In this document: positions 1 through 13,404 of the stretch, in pieces
Layout: every line of letters starts with the position of its first letter
How positions within the stretch are numbered: the stretch's first letter is position 1
Source: Azolla caroliniana
Taxonomy: Eukaryota > Plantae > Polypodiophyta
Direction of reading: 5' to 3'
Assembly: GCA_043228905.1 (NCBI GenBank)
Contig: JBHGNT010000011.1
Coordinates: 11,656,001 to 11,720,000 of the forward strand
DNA: 64,000 bases
Position numbers and translations under genes: made by a program
Notes under the pieces: model-generated
Databases searched by the model: none
What the model was told of the DNA's origin: nothing
Seen by the model: the letters and a program-made list of their open reading frames with translations, nothing else

Positions 1-2488
1 CAATGTGAATACGGCCATTATACATTCGTATTCGACACTCCCCCGTAATGGGCGTATACATGGGTTATCTGAAATTACAGGTATATACAAGGTTTATCAG
101 ACATATTGGTTTTGTTCGAGTCGGCAAGATCTAAAGATAGAAGACCGAACCGGTTGGGTTGGAAGAGTTGAAGCTGATCCTCAAAGGACCGATGTCGGTT
201 GTCTGAAACCATCCTATGTTGTGGGTCCGACTTTAATCGGACCGATTTTTCGTTACGCCCATCTAGTGTCTAAGGGATCAGAAGCGGTCCGCCGAAAGAC
301 ACTTGGTCATTCCATCTGCGACATTATCGGTTGTGGATATCTTTTTGAGACCGATTTTCCCTTAAATGACGCAGTCCTGAACAAAGTGATATCGAACGTC
401 GATATGCTTGGAGGCGTTGTGGTGAACCAGATTTTTTGACAAAGCAACAACACCCTGCCTATCATTGTAGACAATTGGAGCCGAGTCAAAGTCGACTTGT
501 CAAAACGTGTGCGCCACCGACCGAGCCATAAAGCTTCTTTCGCCGCGTCGGATGCAGCTACATATTCCGCTTCGGTCGTTGAGGTGGTTGTGCACTCCTG
601 AAGTTTCGACTTCCATGAGATTGCTCCATTGCCGAATTTGAAACAATATCCGGTTGTTGATTTCCGACTGTCCACGCAGTCGGTGTAACCGACTACGCCT
701 GAGGTTAAGTTCGGGCCAAAAAGAATGTCGTGGTCTTTTGGGCCAGCTAGATATCTGAACACGTGCTTGAATATGTTCCAGTACGATCGGCTTGGGTTGT
801 GCATGAATCTGCTGATGACTCCTACGGCGTGAGAAATATCAGGCCGTGTCGCGACCATCGCGTACATAAGGGAGCCGATTGCCGGTGCATATAGTACTGA
901 CTTCATATCTTCCCCCTCCGAACTGGATGTCGAGTAGTCTCGCTGAGACAACCGAAGGTTAATGGGGAGTGGGGTCGAAGCAGACTTGGCTGAGTGCATG
1001 TTGAAGCGTTCCAAGATACATCCGATGTAGTCGGTTTGAGACAAGAAAAGTTGTCGTTTATCGCGATGCCGACTAATCTTCATGCCGAGTATGTGTCTTG
1101 CCGGACCGAGGTCCTTCATGGAAAACTTCAACCGCAGTTTCCGAACGAGTTCGGTGAGCTCTCCGGCATGTCGGCCGGAGAGTAGCATGTCGTCCACGTA
1201 AATGATGAGGAAGACAAGAGACCCGCCTTGAGCTGTTTTGGTGAAGAGACAGTGGTCCTCATCGCTCTTGGAGAAATCGATCGACTAGATGAAGTCGTTG
1301 AACTTCTTGTACCACTGTCGAGGTGCTTGTTTCAGGCCATATAAGCTCTTCCTGAGTCGATAGACTAGATGTTCCTGGCCGGATGCCACAAAGCCTTTTG
1401 GCTGTTCCATATAGATTTCCTCCTGTAGGTCACCGTGGAGGAATGCCGTTTTTACATCTAACTGAATCAGCTCCAAGTTGTCGGCAGCCACAATGCCGAG
1501 CATGAAATGAAGGGTTGTCATTTTCACCACTGGTGAAAAGATTTTGTCGAAGTCGACGCCATATTCTTATCGAAATCCCTTTGCAACTAATCTGGCCTTG
1601 TACTTTGGGTTGGTCGAGTCGAACGTCTCTTTTAGTCGATAGACCCACTTACACGGAACAAGACATTGATTCTCCGGTAATTCGACCAAGTCCCAAGTCT
1701 TGTTTGCGCGAATGGAGTGCATTTCCGACTCCATCGGCAGATGCCAGGTGGCTAAGTCGGCAGATGCCGATGCTTCTTCGTAAGATGTCGGTTCGTCGGC
1801 ATCGGTAAAGAAAATTTCGGGAGAGTACCTTTCCGAAGGTTGTGATAGTCTCTCGGATCTTCGAGGTATGACTGGACTGGTCGCACCGGGTATAGGTGTC
1901 GAATGGTCGGAAGCCGAGCCATTCTGCTCTGCTGAATTGCTGGATTCTGGACGAGAGGTGTCGGTTACCCGTGAAACTGATCTCATGTTGTGGGTTGGGC
2001 CTTCATGAAGGGTTGGCACTTTGGAAAATATTACCCTTCGGACTTCAATAGGCCTTTCAGCCGTTTTATGCATATCCGACTCGTTGAACACGACGTCGAA
2101 ACTTCGGACGATTTGTCTGTGCTCAGGCCAGAGTTGGTATCCGATCTCGCCGTCGGGTCCATCACCAAGGAAATCACATTTCCTTGATCTTGGTTCAAGT
2201 TTTCGACAGTCGTCTTTCGGTATGAGGGCATACGCCTCGCAACCGAAGATCCTCAGCTTGTCATAATTTGGCTTACTACCGGTCCATGTTTCCTGAGGTA
2301 TTTTAAGTCCTAGAGGTCTACTTGGCGACATATTTATTATGTGTACTGCCGTAAGTAGAGCCTCCGCCCAGAAGCCATCCGACTATCCAGAGTGTTGGAG
2401 CATGGATACTATGCGTTCTTGAATCATCCGATTCATGCGTTCAACAATTCCGTTCTGCTTCGGACTATAGGGTGCCGTATATTTACGT

Positions 2489-3595
2489 TGTCGTGGCGTG
2501 GCTCGCCTAGAAGCGTAGCGTTGCGTAGACAAAAGATATCGTGAAAGTGAGGAAGGAATCACTGGGATTATGGACGGAAGAGACGAAAGAGTAGAGATAG
2601 ATAAATAGTGATCAACAAGATATGACAAGATAGGATATAGAATGATATTTGAAGCAATAAAAGAGATTTATAATTATTTGATAAAAGAGTTACAAAATGA
2701 TTGTGCACATCGTTGAACCTCTGAACTTTGTCTTGCAAGGTAATCGCTCTTCTCTTTCTTGATCGTAGACCATTACAATCTTCACTTCAATATTTTGATG
2801 AAGATAAGGCTCGAACCGCCTCCCTCTTGTTGAGGGTTGACCACCACGACCGCCAAGTTAGAGCTCCACGTTTATGTTTAACCTCTTCCCTTCTTTCTCT
2901 ATTTTTATGGTATCTCTTATGAAATACATAATTTGATTGATATCTCATACATATCTCCCTTTGAGCTTCTCTTTCACCATTTAAATAGGTGCCCCCATGC
3001 ATATGATGCATTGGAGGGTACAAGTCATGCATGTAGTGCATGAAATGCATGTGATGCATGATCACCATTTGGCGTTCATGCATTACATGTGATGCATGAT
3101 AAACATCTCGCTCATTTGAGCTTTTATGTATGAAACAATATATGCAATAACCATAAACATGAAAACATAATCTTAAAGAGAAAGGGCCTAGCCTAATGGT
3201 AAGTGTGTCAACTTTGGTGTATGAGGTTGTGGGTTCGAGTCTCAAAATGCTATTGAATACAACATACAACTTTATTTTTATATCATGAAGCAAATCCTTT
3301 ATGTAATATAAACTATATATAAAGTATGCTTTATTTTATGTATATTACTAGTATAGAGTAAATGGTAAGATTTGAGAGTCATAGGGTGGGGTTATTGGTT
3401 CAAGTCCTCTCTTGTTCGTGTAATATAATATATTTATCTATATATATATATATATTATTTTTCTTTACATATATATAATATTATCATATGTGTTGTTAAT
3501 ATTATCTTTATATATAAAACATTATCAAATGTTATTTTAGTTACGTATTTATCTTATTGTAGATTTTTAATGTGAAGCTTTCGTACTTCACGACA
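2489..3595 (-). mobile_element. Solo LTR (~1.1 kb) inserted in the copia A integrase
   Basis: Ends TGTCGTG...CACGACA; 4-bp TSD ACGT (2485-2488 / 3596-3599); removing it restores integrase GIRRKYTAPYSPKQNG. Confidence 0.85.
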
Positions 3596-6033
3596 ACGTC
3601 GAATGCCGCGTTCCCGACAAAATTTGACGAATTCGTTAGACTTGAATTCTCCTCCATTATCTGTTCGGAGACATTTTAGTTTCCGACCGGTCTGGTTTTC
3701 GACCATTGCAAGCCATTCAGAGAAGATCGAGAACACTCGATCTTTGGTTCTGATGGGGTAAGCCCACACCTTCCGAGTTGAGCTGTCAATAAAACTGACG
3801 AAGTACGAAGCACCGTCGAGAGACTTATGTGGCATCGAACCACAGACGTCCGAGTGGACCAAATCGAGGGGACTTGATTCTCTTGGTGCTGATGTCAGGT
3901 GTGATGCGGCTACCTGTTTGCCGTATTGGCAATCTCGCAGAATTGGTGATCCGAGAAGGAGAGCTTGGGGATGTAACCAGCTCTGGATAGGTGCGTTATG
4001 CCGGCCTTGCTGAGGTGTCCAAGTCGTCCGTGCCATAACGATGACATGGGGATATCAACCAAGAATAAGTCATCCTCTTTGAGTGTGACATATAAAGGGT
4101 ACAAAGAGTGTACCTTTGGTCCTCGAGCAAGCAAGAGGTTCCCTTTGTGGAGTGTCCACCCTCCTGATGAGAACCCGGCACGGATGCCGGCTTCGTCAAG
4201 TTGTCCGACTGAGATCAAGGGACTTGAAAGCTCAGGAACGTGTCGGACATTGTGTAGTACGAGTGTAGAGGAACCCGGAAGGTTGAGCTCTACGGTGCCG
4301 ATTCCGATTATGGCACAATGTTGCGAGTTCCCGACTCGAACTGAGTCGGAGTGCCGGTCCGAGTATTGCCGAAACTGAGATCGGTGACGTGTCACATGAT
4401 ACGATGCACCCGAGTCCAGGAGCCATGTGCTCGATTCCTCAGTCGTAAGCAGAACTTCTGATTCGACTGGGTTCTCTATGGTCAGTATGTTCGGGTCGGT
4501 CGTCAGAATTTCGGCCGAAGAGCCGACGTAGTTGACCTCCTCATGCCGACTACTCTTCTGGTCCGCTCTCTGAGCTTTGTCGGTTTTTGCTTTGAGTGCC
4601 TGACAGTCAGCTTTGATGTGTCCCGGTTTCTTGAAGTAGTTGCAGATTCAGTTGTCCCGGGACTTGCTCCGGCTTCGCTGATTGTTCGGCGGTCGGGAAG
4701 AACTTCTTCCCTGGTTGTTCGATCGGTCGGTCGAACCTTGTACTATGTAAGCTTCATCTGCCGAGTCTTTGGCAAAAGACTTTCTCCGAGCTGCTTCAAT
4801 CAGGATTGCGCTCGTGATTTCGGAGTACTTAATGGCAGTTGTTGAAGCATTGCACACGGTTGTGACAAAAGTTTCCCAAGAAGAGGGGAGACTACTCGTG
4901 AGTATCATTGCTCTGAGTTCATCCTCTATTGTCGTCCCCTAAGACGATATTTGGGAGCTTAGGCTTTCGTACTCGTTGAGGTGTGCCTGAACCGAATCAG
5001 ATTCTTTCATCCACAAGCTGTAGAGGCACCGGATCATATACATCTTCGTTGCGACAACCTTCTTTTCATAAGTTTCCGATAGTGTTTTCCAAAGTTCAAA
5101 AGCTGTCGTGCATGATTTCACTGTGAAGTACACTGACTCCGACAAGTGCATCCGAATCGTGGCACGGACAATTCTGTCCAGCTTGAGCCACTCGTTTGCC
5201 TTGTATGCTTCTGGAGGATTTTCATTCTCAATCGGGTCTATCTGACCCTTGACTATGAGATAGTCCTGCATTTGTTCCTTCTAGAAGTTGAAGTTTGAAC
5301 CGTTGAACCTCCTTAGACTCATGTCCAATGAGCCGGATGTTGATGCCATCTGCTTCGGTTTCGGTTGGTAAGACTCAGTTCGGAGTTGACTACGAACCTT
5401 GGTGGGGTGCAGCCGGTCGGCTCACCCAATATCGTTCTAGTCGGTTTTGAACCCGAGTCGGTTTGGTTTCGGATACTTGTTGCTGAACTTGCTCGAAGTG
5501 ACTCCGGTAACTTAAGGGACAGAACCAGCTGGTCTTCTCGAATGTTGCCGAGTCGAAGTGAGCCCGGTTAGCTTCCGATTGTATGCTGAATACCGATTAC
5601 AAGAAACCGATTGTTTGGGCCGATTCTGTTTCGAATGACTGCAGCGATGAGAGGGATTGATCCAACTGATCCTCCGGGATGTCGATCAGCCGAATGAAGC
5701 ACGAATTTGGTTGTTGCCAAGAGACCAATCTGTAGCGGGTGGTTACAACAAGCGGGTGAATAGCGTCTGGTGACCTATTCATATGTCGTTTAACCGAATG
5801 AAGCACGATTGGGTCGGGTGTTGCACAAGGAGCTCGCCTCAAGTGGTTACAATCACATGAACAGAGTATGGCCGGCTAGCTTACTCCAATTAGTGATTTA
5901 ACACCGTGAGATGCAAACTTCTTGTTTATCTTCTCTCTTCTTTGTTCTTCAAGAAGTTTCAAAAAACATAATGTTGTGGTGTACGATGACGACTGACAGC
6001 GGGTTGAAGAACCTCCAACGCTCTGATACCAAA

Positions 6034-6345
6034 TGTTGGTGACAAGGTCGTCAGTGAGGAAGAACAAAAACAACATTCGTAATGTTGAAGGACCTATGTA
6101 TGAGAATGAACAAGATACAGAGAGAGAGAGAGAGACAGAGAGAGAGAGGCACAAAGAGACGTTTTATTTCTTAATAGCAATAGTTACAAAATGATAGCCA
6201 GCCCCCTCAACTAAAGGTTACAAAGTCACTTTATATAGTGACTATCTTAGGGCAACTGTCCTTTATGCTATTTACAGAAATAGCCCAAACTTGGGTTGTC
6301 CGAAGGGACAGTGTGAATACGGCCATTATACATTCGTATTCGACA
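6034..6345 (-). repeat. 5' LTR of copia A (~312 bp)
   Basis: TG...CA ends; adjacent to tRNA-iMet PBS; matches window positions 1-37. Confidence 0.9.
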
Positions 6346-6351
6346 GGGGCG

Positions 6352-6806
6352 TGTTGAGAATTAGGCTCAACATAACACAACATGTGAACACACCTTTTGA
6401 GAATCTATGATTACTCAATGGTCAAGAGTCACACCACTACTCTCTACACATTAACTATGTGTCATAGAATCATATTCTATGACACATAACTAATGAGTTA
6501 CATATTCCCCATGAGTATGAGTCTTCACATTCCCCAATAGAGAGTAGTTGTTGTAGTTAGTTAATGAAGAGAGAGGGTGACTATATATAAAGCACCCTTC
6601 TCCTACTTCATATTAAGTCGGCTGTGACTACTTGTTATGTTACATTTTGTAATTCTTATTCTACTTGTGAAATATACACCTTCTTCTTGAGTATTCCTTT
6701 TTCTATCTATCTTGTGTTCTCTCATCTCTCCTCTTTTTCTCTCACACATATACGCACATAACGCACATATATTCCGCTGCACAAGAATCACCATCGATTC
6801 TTTACA
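6352..6806 (+). repeat. 3' LTR of a copia family B element; its PPT was interrupted by copia A
   Basis: TGTTGAGAA...TTTACA; homologous to LTRs 39944-40392 and 58537-58993; preceded by PPT remnant GGGGCG (6346-6351). Confidence 0.9.
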
Positions 6807-9800
6807 ATAAATTTAAACATGTTATGGGACAATTGGTGGGGGAGTTTACAAGACAAATCAATGTCCATAGTGTTTCGTCATGGGATATTTGTCTTTCCAA
6901 TATTCAACAATTTACATGATATTATAGAATTGATCAAGTATCCAACCGTAAACAAAAGATGAGTTTACTACAACACTTTCTAGATAGATGTAATGTATTG
7001 TTGGTAAAAAAATTCATTTGATCATGTGTTGTTGGATATTCATGAGACATTGTCACAATCATTACAAGTGTTCGAGGTTCGTAGTTATCAACAATCATGG
7101 GTGATGGCTATGAAAAATGAAGTACATGATCACAATTGTAATTCACATAAGTTTTACCATAGGTTGCATGCATCTCATGCTAGAATGAATGTGGTAAGTG
7201 TAGAAATTGATGGAACTTTGAATATTAACCCACAAGTGATCATTGATAATTGTGTTAAACATTTCACGAATATTTTTGGGCATGATTGTACTCTGAATGA
7301 TGACATAACACAAGTGTGATTAATGTTATTTAACTCTGTCAAGGAAAGTGGTGGGCAACATGTCATGATTGCATTGGAGGAGGATATAATGGAGGAGATG
7401 GTGGAATGTGTATTGTCATATCTTGTAGTTGATCAAAGTTCGGGTTGGGATGACATTATGAATGAGTTTTTTAAAGCCTTTGTACCAGAACTCAAAGGCC
7501 CTCTAACAATGATATTCCAAGAAGTGTGGAGTTCTGGTAAAATGTTTGATCATGGAAAGTTGGTATTGTTAAACTTATACCAAAAGTTGCATCTCCAAAA
7601 CTTAATGGGTGGGATGTATAAGATTTTTTCCAAAGTAATTGCAAATAGACTTCAAAAGGTATTGTCATTTGTGGTCCATCCAATGCAATATGGGTTTATT
7701 GAGGGGAGGGATATCCTACATAATATTTTGAATGTGCAAATGGCAGGGGATTATGCAAAGGAATCTAAACAACAAAGTGTAATGATACAACTAGGCATTG
7801 AGAAGGCATATGATCATGTAAGTTGGTCTTTTATTATAGTTCAACTTATATCTCATATGGGTTTTGGGGAAATGATGTCCTGAATATCGTTGTTGGTGGA
7901 ATTAAGTGTAGTGTCACACATTATGTTAAATGGTGGAGTTACTAAGGTGATACCATTGAAAAGATCACTTAGACAAGGATGCCCATCGAATCCATTATTA
8001 TTTGCAATTGCTACACACCCAATTTCGGTGAAGATGCATGAGTTGGCAACATGTAGGGAAATAGTTGGATTAGCTCTACCATCAAGGAAACAATCGATAG
8101 CTCAAGCATTGGCTGATGATTCATTTTTATTTCTCAAAGTTGCACCTGATAATATAGCTAAAGCCATGGAGGTGTGGAATGCATTCGCATTGGCATTAGG
8201 ATTACATATAAATATGCGGAAGTCGATGCTCATTAGATACACTAAGAGTGATCTGGTTGATCTTGGATGGGGTGGCCAAATATTAAATCAAGGGAATGTG
8301 TGTCAGCACTTAGGTTACCCTATTGGTGTTGATATCTCATCATCGCAAAGTTTGAATTGGATATCGGGAAACATTTTGGACAAATTTATGTATTGGAAGT
8401 CTCAAGCATGGCCATTTAGTACTCGTCTCAAAGTGGTACAAGCTATAATGATTCCAATGATTTCTTATTTTTTTGCCATTATTATCGTGGACAAAGAAAT
8501 CACTTGATCATTTAGCTCATTCACTTAAATATACACTATGGAACAAACAAACAAACCTTGTTATGAGTTGGGTATCATGGAACAATATATGTAGATTGTA
8601 CCCCAAAATAGTTATGGGGAGCTGCTTTACTAATTTAGAAGATCATATGGTGGCTCAAAAATTCAATCTTTTGAAAGGTATGTGCATGGATACCCAACCT
8701 TGGGCAGAAATAATTAGTTATTTTGTGGAAAAGGTTGGTATATACCATGGGAAAACGAGAATTACAGCTTCATGGTGGCATATTGTTAATAGTACTCGAC
8801 CATTTGAATGTTCAGAATCTATTATGGTTCAACAATTGGTGCTTTCTTGGCAATGATGTTTGAATTTGTTTAATTGGAGGCCTCTTGAGTGCAGAAAAGA
8901 TATAAGTTCCTTGGCAGCAGTCTGTAGAGGTGTTGACAGCTTCAAGGATATTATGCTGGGATGGAAAAGAAGGCCTAAATTCATAGTCCAATTGAATGAC
9001 AATGTTAGGCTTGGTAACTGTGAAAGATGGTATCTTAAGAGTCACGTAGGAAAATGATGGCCTTTCGGACAATTAGAAATAAGTTCCATATACCACATGG
9101 ATATGGGTATATTTGGCAATCAATATTGACATTGTCTAGATTAGTTTTCCCAATTCAAGAGTTGGTGGTCAAGGACCCATGGAAAGATTGGTCATTTGGT
9201 ATTGGGAAATCGATTTTTGTGGTGCACACTAATGATGTGTACCATAAGTTGGTTGAAGATAGAACTTGGTTAGGAAATAAGGTTTTGGATACATGGTACA
9301 TTACTCGACATGTAAAGTGGTGGCGTAGAGTTTTAGATGCAGGGTGATAGTTTCATCTTTTATACCGTACAAAAAAAACATGTCCCATTTGAAATATGTC
9401 TTCGTTTTAAGGCGATTGCCAAAGGCAACCCACCAACTATGGCACGCCAAGATGCTAGACATAGGTTCATTACATGTCTAGTTGCTAAAGCCATTTGGGT
9501 GATTATATCACAAATTTGGGCATTGATAATAGGAAATATTTTGTCACCTTATAAGTGAGGTTTTATTGATGAGGATAAAGCTATGCCTACACCATCATAT
9601 AAAGTTGAGTTGGATTACCTTAGATATTGGGGGATGTGGTTTAATTGGACCATGTGAAATGGGTTCTTGTTTGATGAACTTCATGGGGTAACACAACAAC
9701 TCCATAGGATGAAAGGGAAGTTGATTTGACAATTTCCACAACTATTTTGTATAGGGATGTTGTCCCAAGAGGAGATGGACTTGTGTAATCTAGGTTTACA

Positions 9801-9912
9801 ACACTTGAGAGGGTTTCCCTTGCACTATCACTATTTATGAAGTAGTGAAGATAGCAAGGGTTATAACATCATATTGTTTTAATAAGAAACATTGATTTAC
9901 AAAAAAAAAAAA
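6807..9912 (+). mobile_element. L1-clade LINE, degenerate ORF2 (RT plus C-terminal region) with poly(A) tail
   Basis: ORF fragments with MNEFFKAF, QYGFIEGRDILHNI, EKAYDHVSWSF, LRQGCPSNPLLF, ALADDS, HLGYPIG; A-run at ~9901-9912. Confidence 0.88.
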
Positions 9913-10348
9913 CATATTTGCAAAAGTTGAAGGGAGTACTAATGTGAGTGGAAATTCTTTCCTCAGTGGAGTGTTTGTCTTGCCTTTTGGCCATTCAACA
10001 TGTTCCACTACTACTCATGTAGTGTAGTGTAGTTAGTGGGTGACCATACTAGCAGTGTTTTTCACACACTTATATTAATATAATTGTTTATTATTAAAAA
10101 ACAAAGAGAGAGAGAGAGAGAGAGAGAGAGATTAGCTCAATGGGTAAGGTTGCCCAATGGAGATCAGGTGGTCATGGGTTCGACCCTTACATTCCACAAT
10201 GGTATCTAGTGAATTAAGAGATATATAAGAAGTATATAAATAGAAAGGTGAGAAAATTAGGTTTCGAACCCACAACACAATGCTTGTAGTGCTAACAACT
10301 TACCACTAGGGTAAGGTAATTATAATAAAAGAGAGAGAGAGAGAGAGA

Positions 10349-12826
10349 TTATATTATCGTCTTCGGAGGTCAAATATGACCTATGAGACCAAAAAATATT
10401 GCATTTCACGTGATATATGTGAAAGTGAGTAGTGACTCTTGATGTTCAAGAACTTTACCAATGAATGTTGCAATCGAGAGTGCACATTGTGGTTGTGAGA
10501 GGAATTCATGCAAGGATTGGACTCGGTCAAAGAGATGTGGAAAGCATGGTCGAATATGATCGAAGGCAGAGCATTGTATCAAAGTGTGATACTCAGACTT
10601 GCAAACTTGTTTAGGGCAAAGTGTGCATAGACGACCACTCTCATCACTTGTGCCCCAACACCCTGTCTCACATCGCAATACATGTGAACTAAGTCGCATG
10701 GAAGCAATGGTTCAAATGGTAGATAACAATATGGGATCTAACATGTAGCGATGTGTACGGTTTCCCCGTTCTGCAAAGAATACGGTTTTGTCATTAGGTG
10801 CAACATGTGTAGTATAATGTGTGAAGCGTGAGCCTCCATATTTGTCCCATGTCATGATACATTGGCGTTGCAAAAATGCCTCATTTACAGAGGAATCTTG
10901 TGATGCATCATGAAGCGAGTGTCTCGCATCCCATCTACCAAACCTTTTTTCTATATCTTGCATCCAACCGAAACACAAAATTTTGCTTTTATGCATCTTT
11001 TGGATCTTTTTGCTTGCTTCCCATGCAATTCTAGGAAGTCGATGTGAGGGACTTTTTTGAACCTTAAGTATGTATTCAACAACCCTTTCCATGGCCATGA
11101 TCTCAATGGGAAGCGATCCCATCTCAAGGAGGAGGGTGTAGGGCGTTTGTTTCTTAACTTGTAGAAACTTTGTAATAAAATGTTTTTGGACATTTTCAAA
11201 CTCTTTCCACGTAGATTTAGGGATGCTACCGCCCCATACTTCCACCCCATAGGGAAGAACCAGGGTCACCGAAGTGTCAAAAAGATATTTCTTGAGGACC
11301 CAACACTTAATATCTCCAAGATTGCATGTGTTCTCAAACGCATAGTATGCTCACTTACCCGCCTCTAAGTGGCGTGTAACACATTCATTCCATCTATGAT
11401 TTGAAGGAACTTCAAGGCCAAGATATTTGAAGCTTTCCACACATCCAAGTGGCTCATTGTTGTACATAATGCATGGTTTATCTATTTTTTGGCTCTTCAG
11501 AAGCATAATCTTTGTTTTAGAGCTATCGACGCTTAATTTAGTATGCATGCAAAATTTTCCAATGCCTTCATAAGCTTTTGCGCATCTCCTAAAGTATTTG
11601 CAAAATGCACTACATTATCTGCATATAGCAAAAGCATAATCACAACATTCCCAATGGCAACTTCTTAAACACATTCTTCCTTTGCAAACTTGGTAACCAT
11701 TTCTTCCAATTCATCAATGCGTAGACCAAATAGTGTTGGTGAGAGTGGGCATCCTTGCTTAACACCAATAGTGCTTTTGAAAAAATTTGAAAGTTTATCT
11801 CCCATGTGCACAAAACATATAACCTTCTCATAAATTCGGGAAATTGCAAGCATATATTCACTTGGCACCTCAAGTTCTTCCATTCACCTCCAAAGATGCT
11901 CATGAGGTACCATATCAAAAGCTTTCTTGAAGTCTACAAAGCAACAATATAAACATTTACCTCTAAGGCGACTTTCCTCCATTAATACTCGAAGGGTGAT
12001 AAGGTAATCAATGGTGCTATGGTGTTTCCGAAAGCCAGCTTGTCCATAAGCTCTCTTACAATTTTTTTGAGCCCATACACTTATCTTTGATTCCATTATA
12101 CATCCAAATAGTTTTGCCATTTGTGAGCCAATCATGATGGTTCGATAGTTGTTTACATTATTTATATCTCCACCTTTATGTAAAGGTTTGATCCAATTTG
12201 TAGTGCAATCATAAGGCATACCATGTTGCAATGCATCATTAAACATATCGCATATCCATATATGTGCTTCCTTTCCCGTCCATTTGAGCATTTCAACTTT
12301 TATACATTGAAGATCACTTGCCTATCGAGAGGCCAATTTCTTAAGTCCTACGCATATATCTTCAATTGTAGAGAAGGGAGACATATGTGAAAGAGAGCCA
12401 TAACACATCATCTTTCTGGCAAGAGATAACTCATATAAATTCTTAGAATGCATAGACAAGTCATGAAGAGTTAAGTCACCATAACTCTCAACACGTTTCC
12501 CCTTTAGATTTCCCCAAAATTTAGCACATGCATGTGCTTTCTCTTGCGTTTGGAGAAGTTGTTGAGTAACTTCCCATATTCGTCTCTTTCTTTGAATAAG
12601 CCTTTTATAGTCACGCAGAAGTTGTTGAGTAACTTCCCATATTCGTCTCTTTCTTTGAATAAGCCTTTTATAGTCATGCAGATGCTTTTGGTAATTGTCT
12701 TTATCCTTAACTACAATCAAAACCATAAGGCACTTTCGAGCTTCATGACATTCTTTATCAAATCATTTTTTCTTACATTTCTTGGTGCATTTCCATGATG
12801 TGCGGTTGGTCGAATGACATTTGTTT

Positions 12827-12828
<2 letters not shown>
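10349..12828 (-). mobile_element. RTEX-like LINE copy 1, 5'-truncated, inserted in a (GA)n tract
   Basis: RT motifs QAGFRK, CFVDFKKAFD, GVKQGCPLSPTLF, YAD, FKYLG; C-terminal RLSSHVLRCETG...LCTLC...EYH...C zinc finger; (GA)n on both sides; near-identical to 23088-27248. Clade assignment is inference from ORF1 type and the C-terminal motif. Confidence 0.85.
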
Positions 12829-12860
<32 letters not shown>

Positions 12861-12863
<3 letters not shown>

Positions 12864-12987
12864 TTCTATGAAACCTAGTGAGAGAGGGAGGGGTATTGTG
12901 TGGAATTCTATGAAATCTAGTGAGAGAGGGAGGGGAGAGAGAGAGGGGTATTCGTTGGAATTGAATGAAAGCTAGTGTGAGAGAGAG
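12861..12987. repeat. Three imperfect tandem copies of GAATTCTATGAAAYCTAGTGAGAGAGGGAGGGG upstream of CUL3
   Basis: Copies begin near 12861, 12903 and 12958. Confidence 0.6.
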
Positions 12988-13404
12988 ATGCAGGGATAGA
13001 AACAGAATTTATGATGATTCGAAAGAAGAAGAAGAAGAAGAAGAAGAAGGAGCAACAAACAAACAAAACCAAAACCAAAAAAACAAAACAGAAACCATCG
13101 ATCTCCCATCCATCGACACAGAAGGAGGAGGAGCAGGAGAAGAAGAGAGAAGGAAGGCAAGCTATGGCGAAGAGGAAGGAGTTCAGCCCAAATTTGCTGT
13201 GATCGGATCGAGAGTAGGAAGCCGAAACAGAAGAAGAACGAGAAGGATAGTGAGAAGCAGAAGAGGGAGAAGGAGAAGGAGAAGGAGAAGGAGAAGGAGA
13301 AGCAGAAGGAGAATGAAGTAGAGAGAAGCAGAAAAAAAACAGAAGAAGGAGAGAGAAGCAAATAGAGAAGGAGAGATAAAGCAAAACACCGAGAACAGTT
13401 TATT

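Larger units (their letters stand above)
1..6345 (-). mobile_element. Ty1/copia LTR retrotransposon A (Tnt1/Tork-like), degenerate; 3' LTR runs off the window start
   Basis: 5' LTR 6034-6345; PBS TGGTATCAGAGC at 6020-6031; gag ATG ~5349; protease WLLDSGASYH ~4420; integrase (VHSDVCG, LRTDNGGEF); RT (KARLVAKGF, QLDVKTAFLHG); RNase H; PPT 38-49; positions 1-37 match the LTR end at 6309-6345. Many stops and frameshifts. Confidence 0.95.

Noticed and set aside
2787-3293. 168-aa His/Met-rich ORF
   Set aside because: Lies in a solo LTR and results from CATG-rich repeats; no recognisable domain.
10131-10200. Bona fide tRNA genes at the A/B-box cassettes
   Set aside because: I could not fold acceptor and anticodon stems; reported as tRNA-like elements only.
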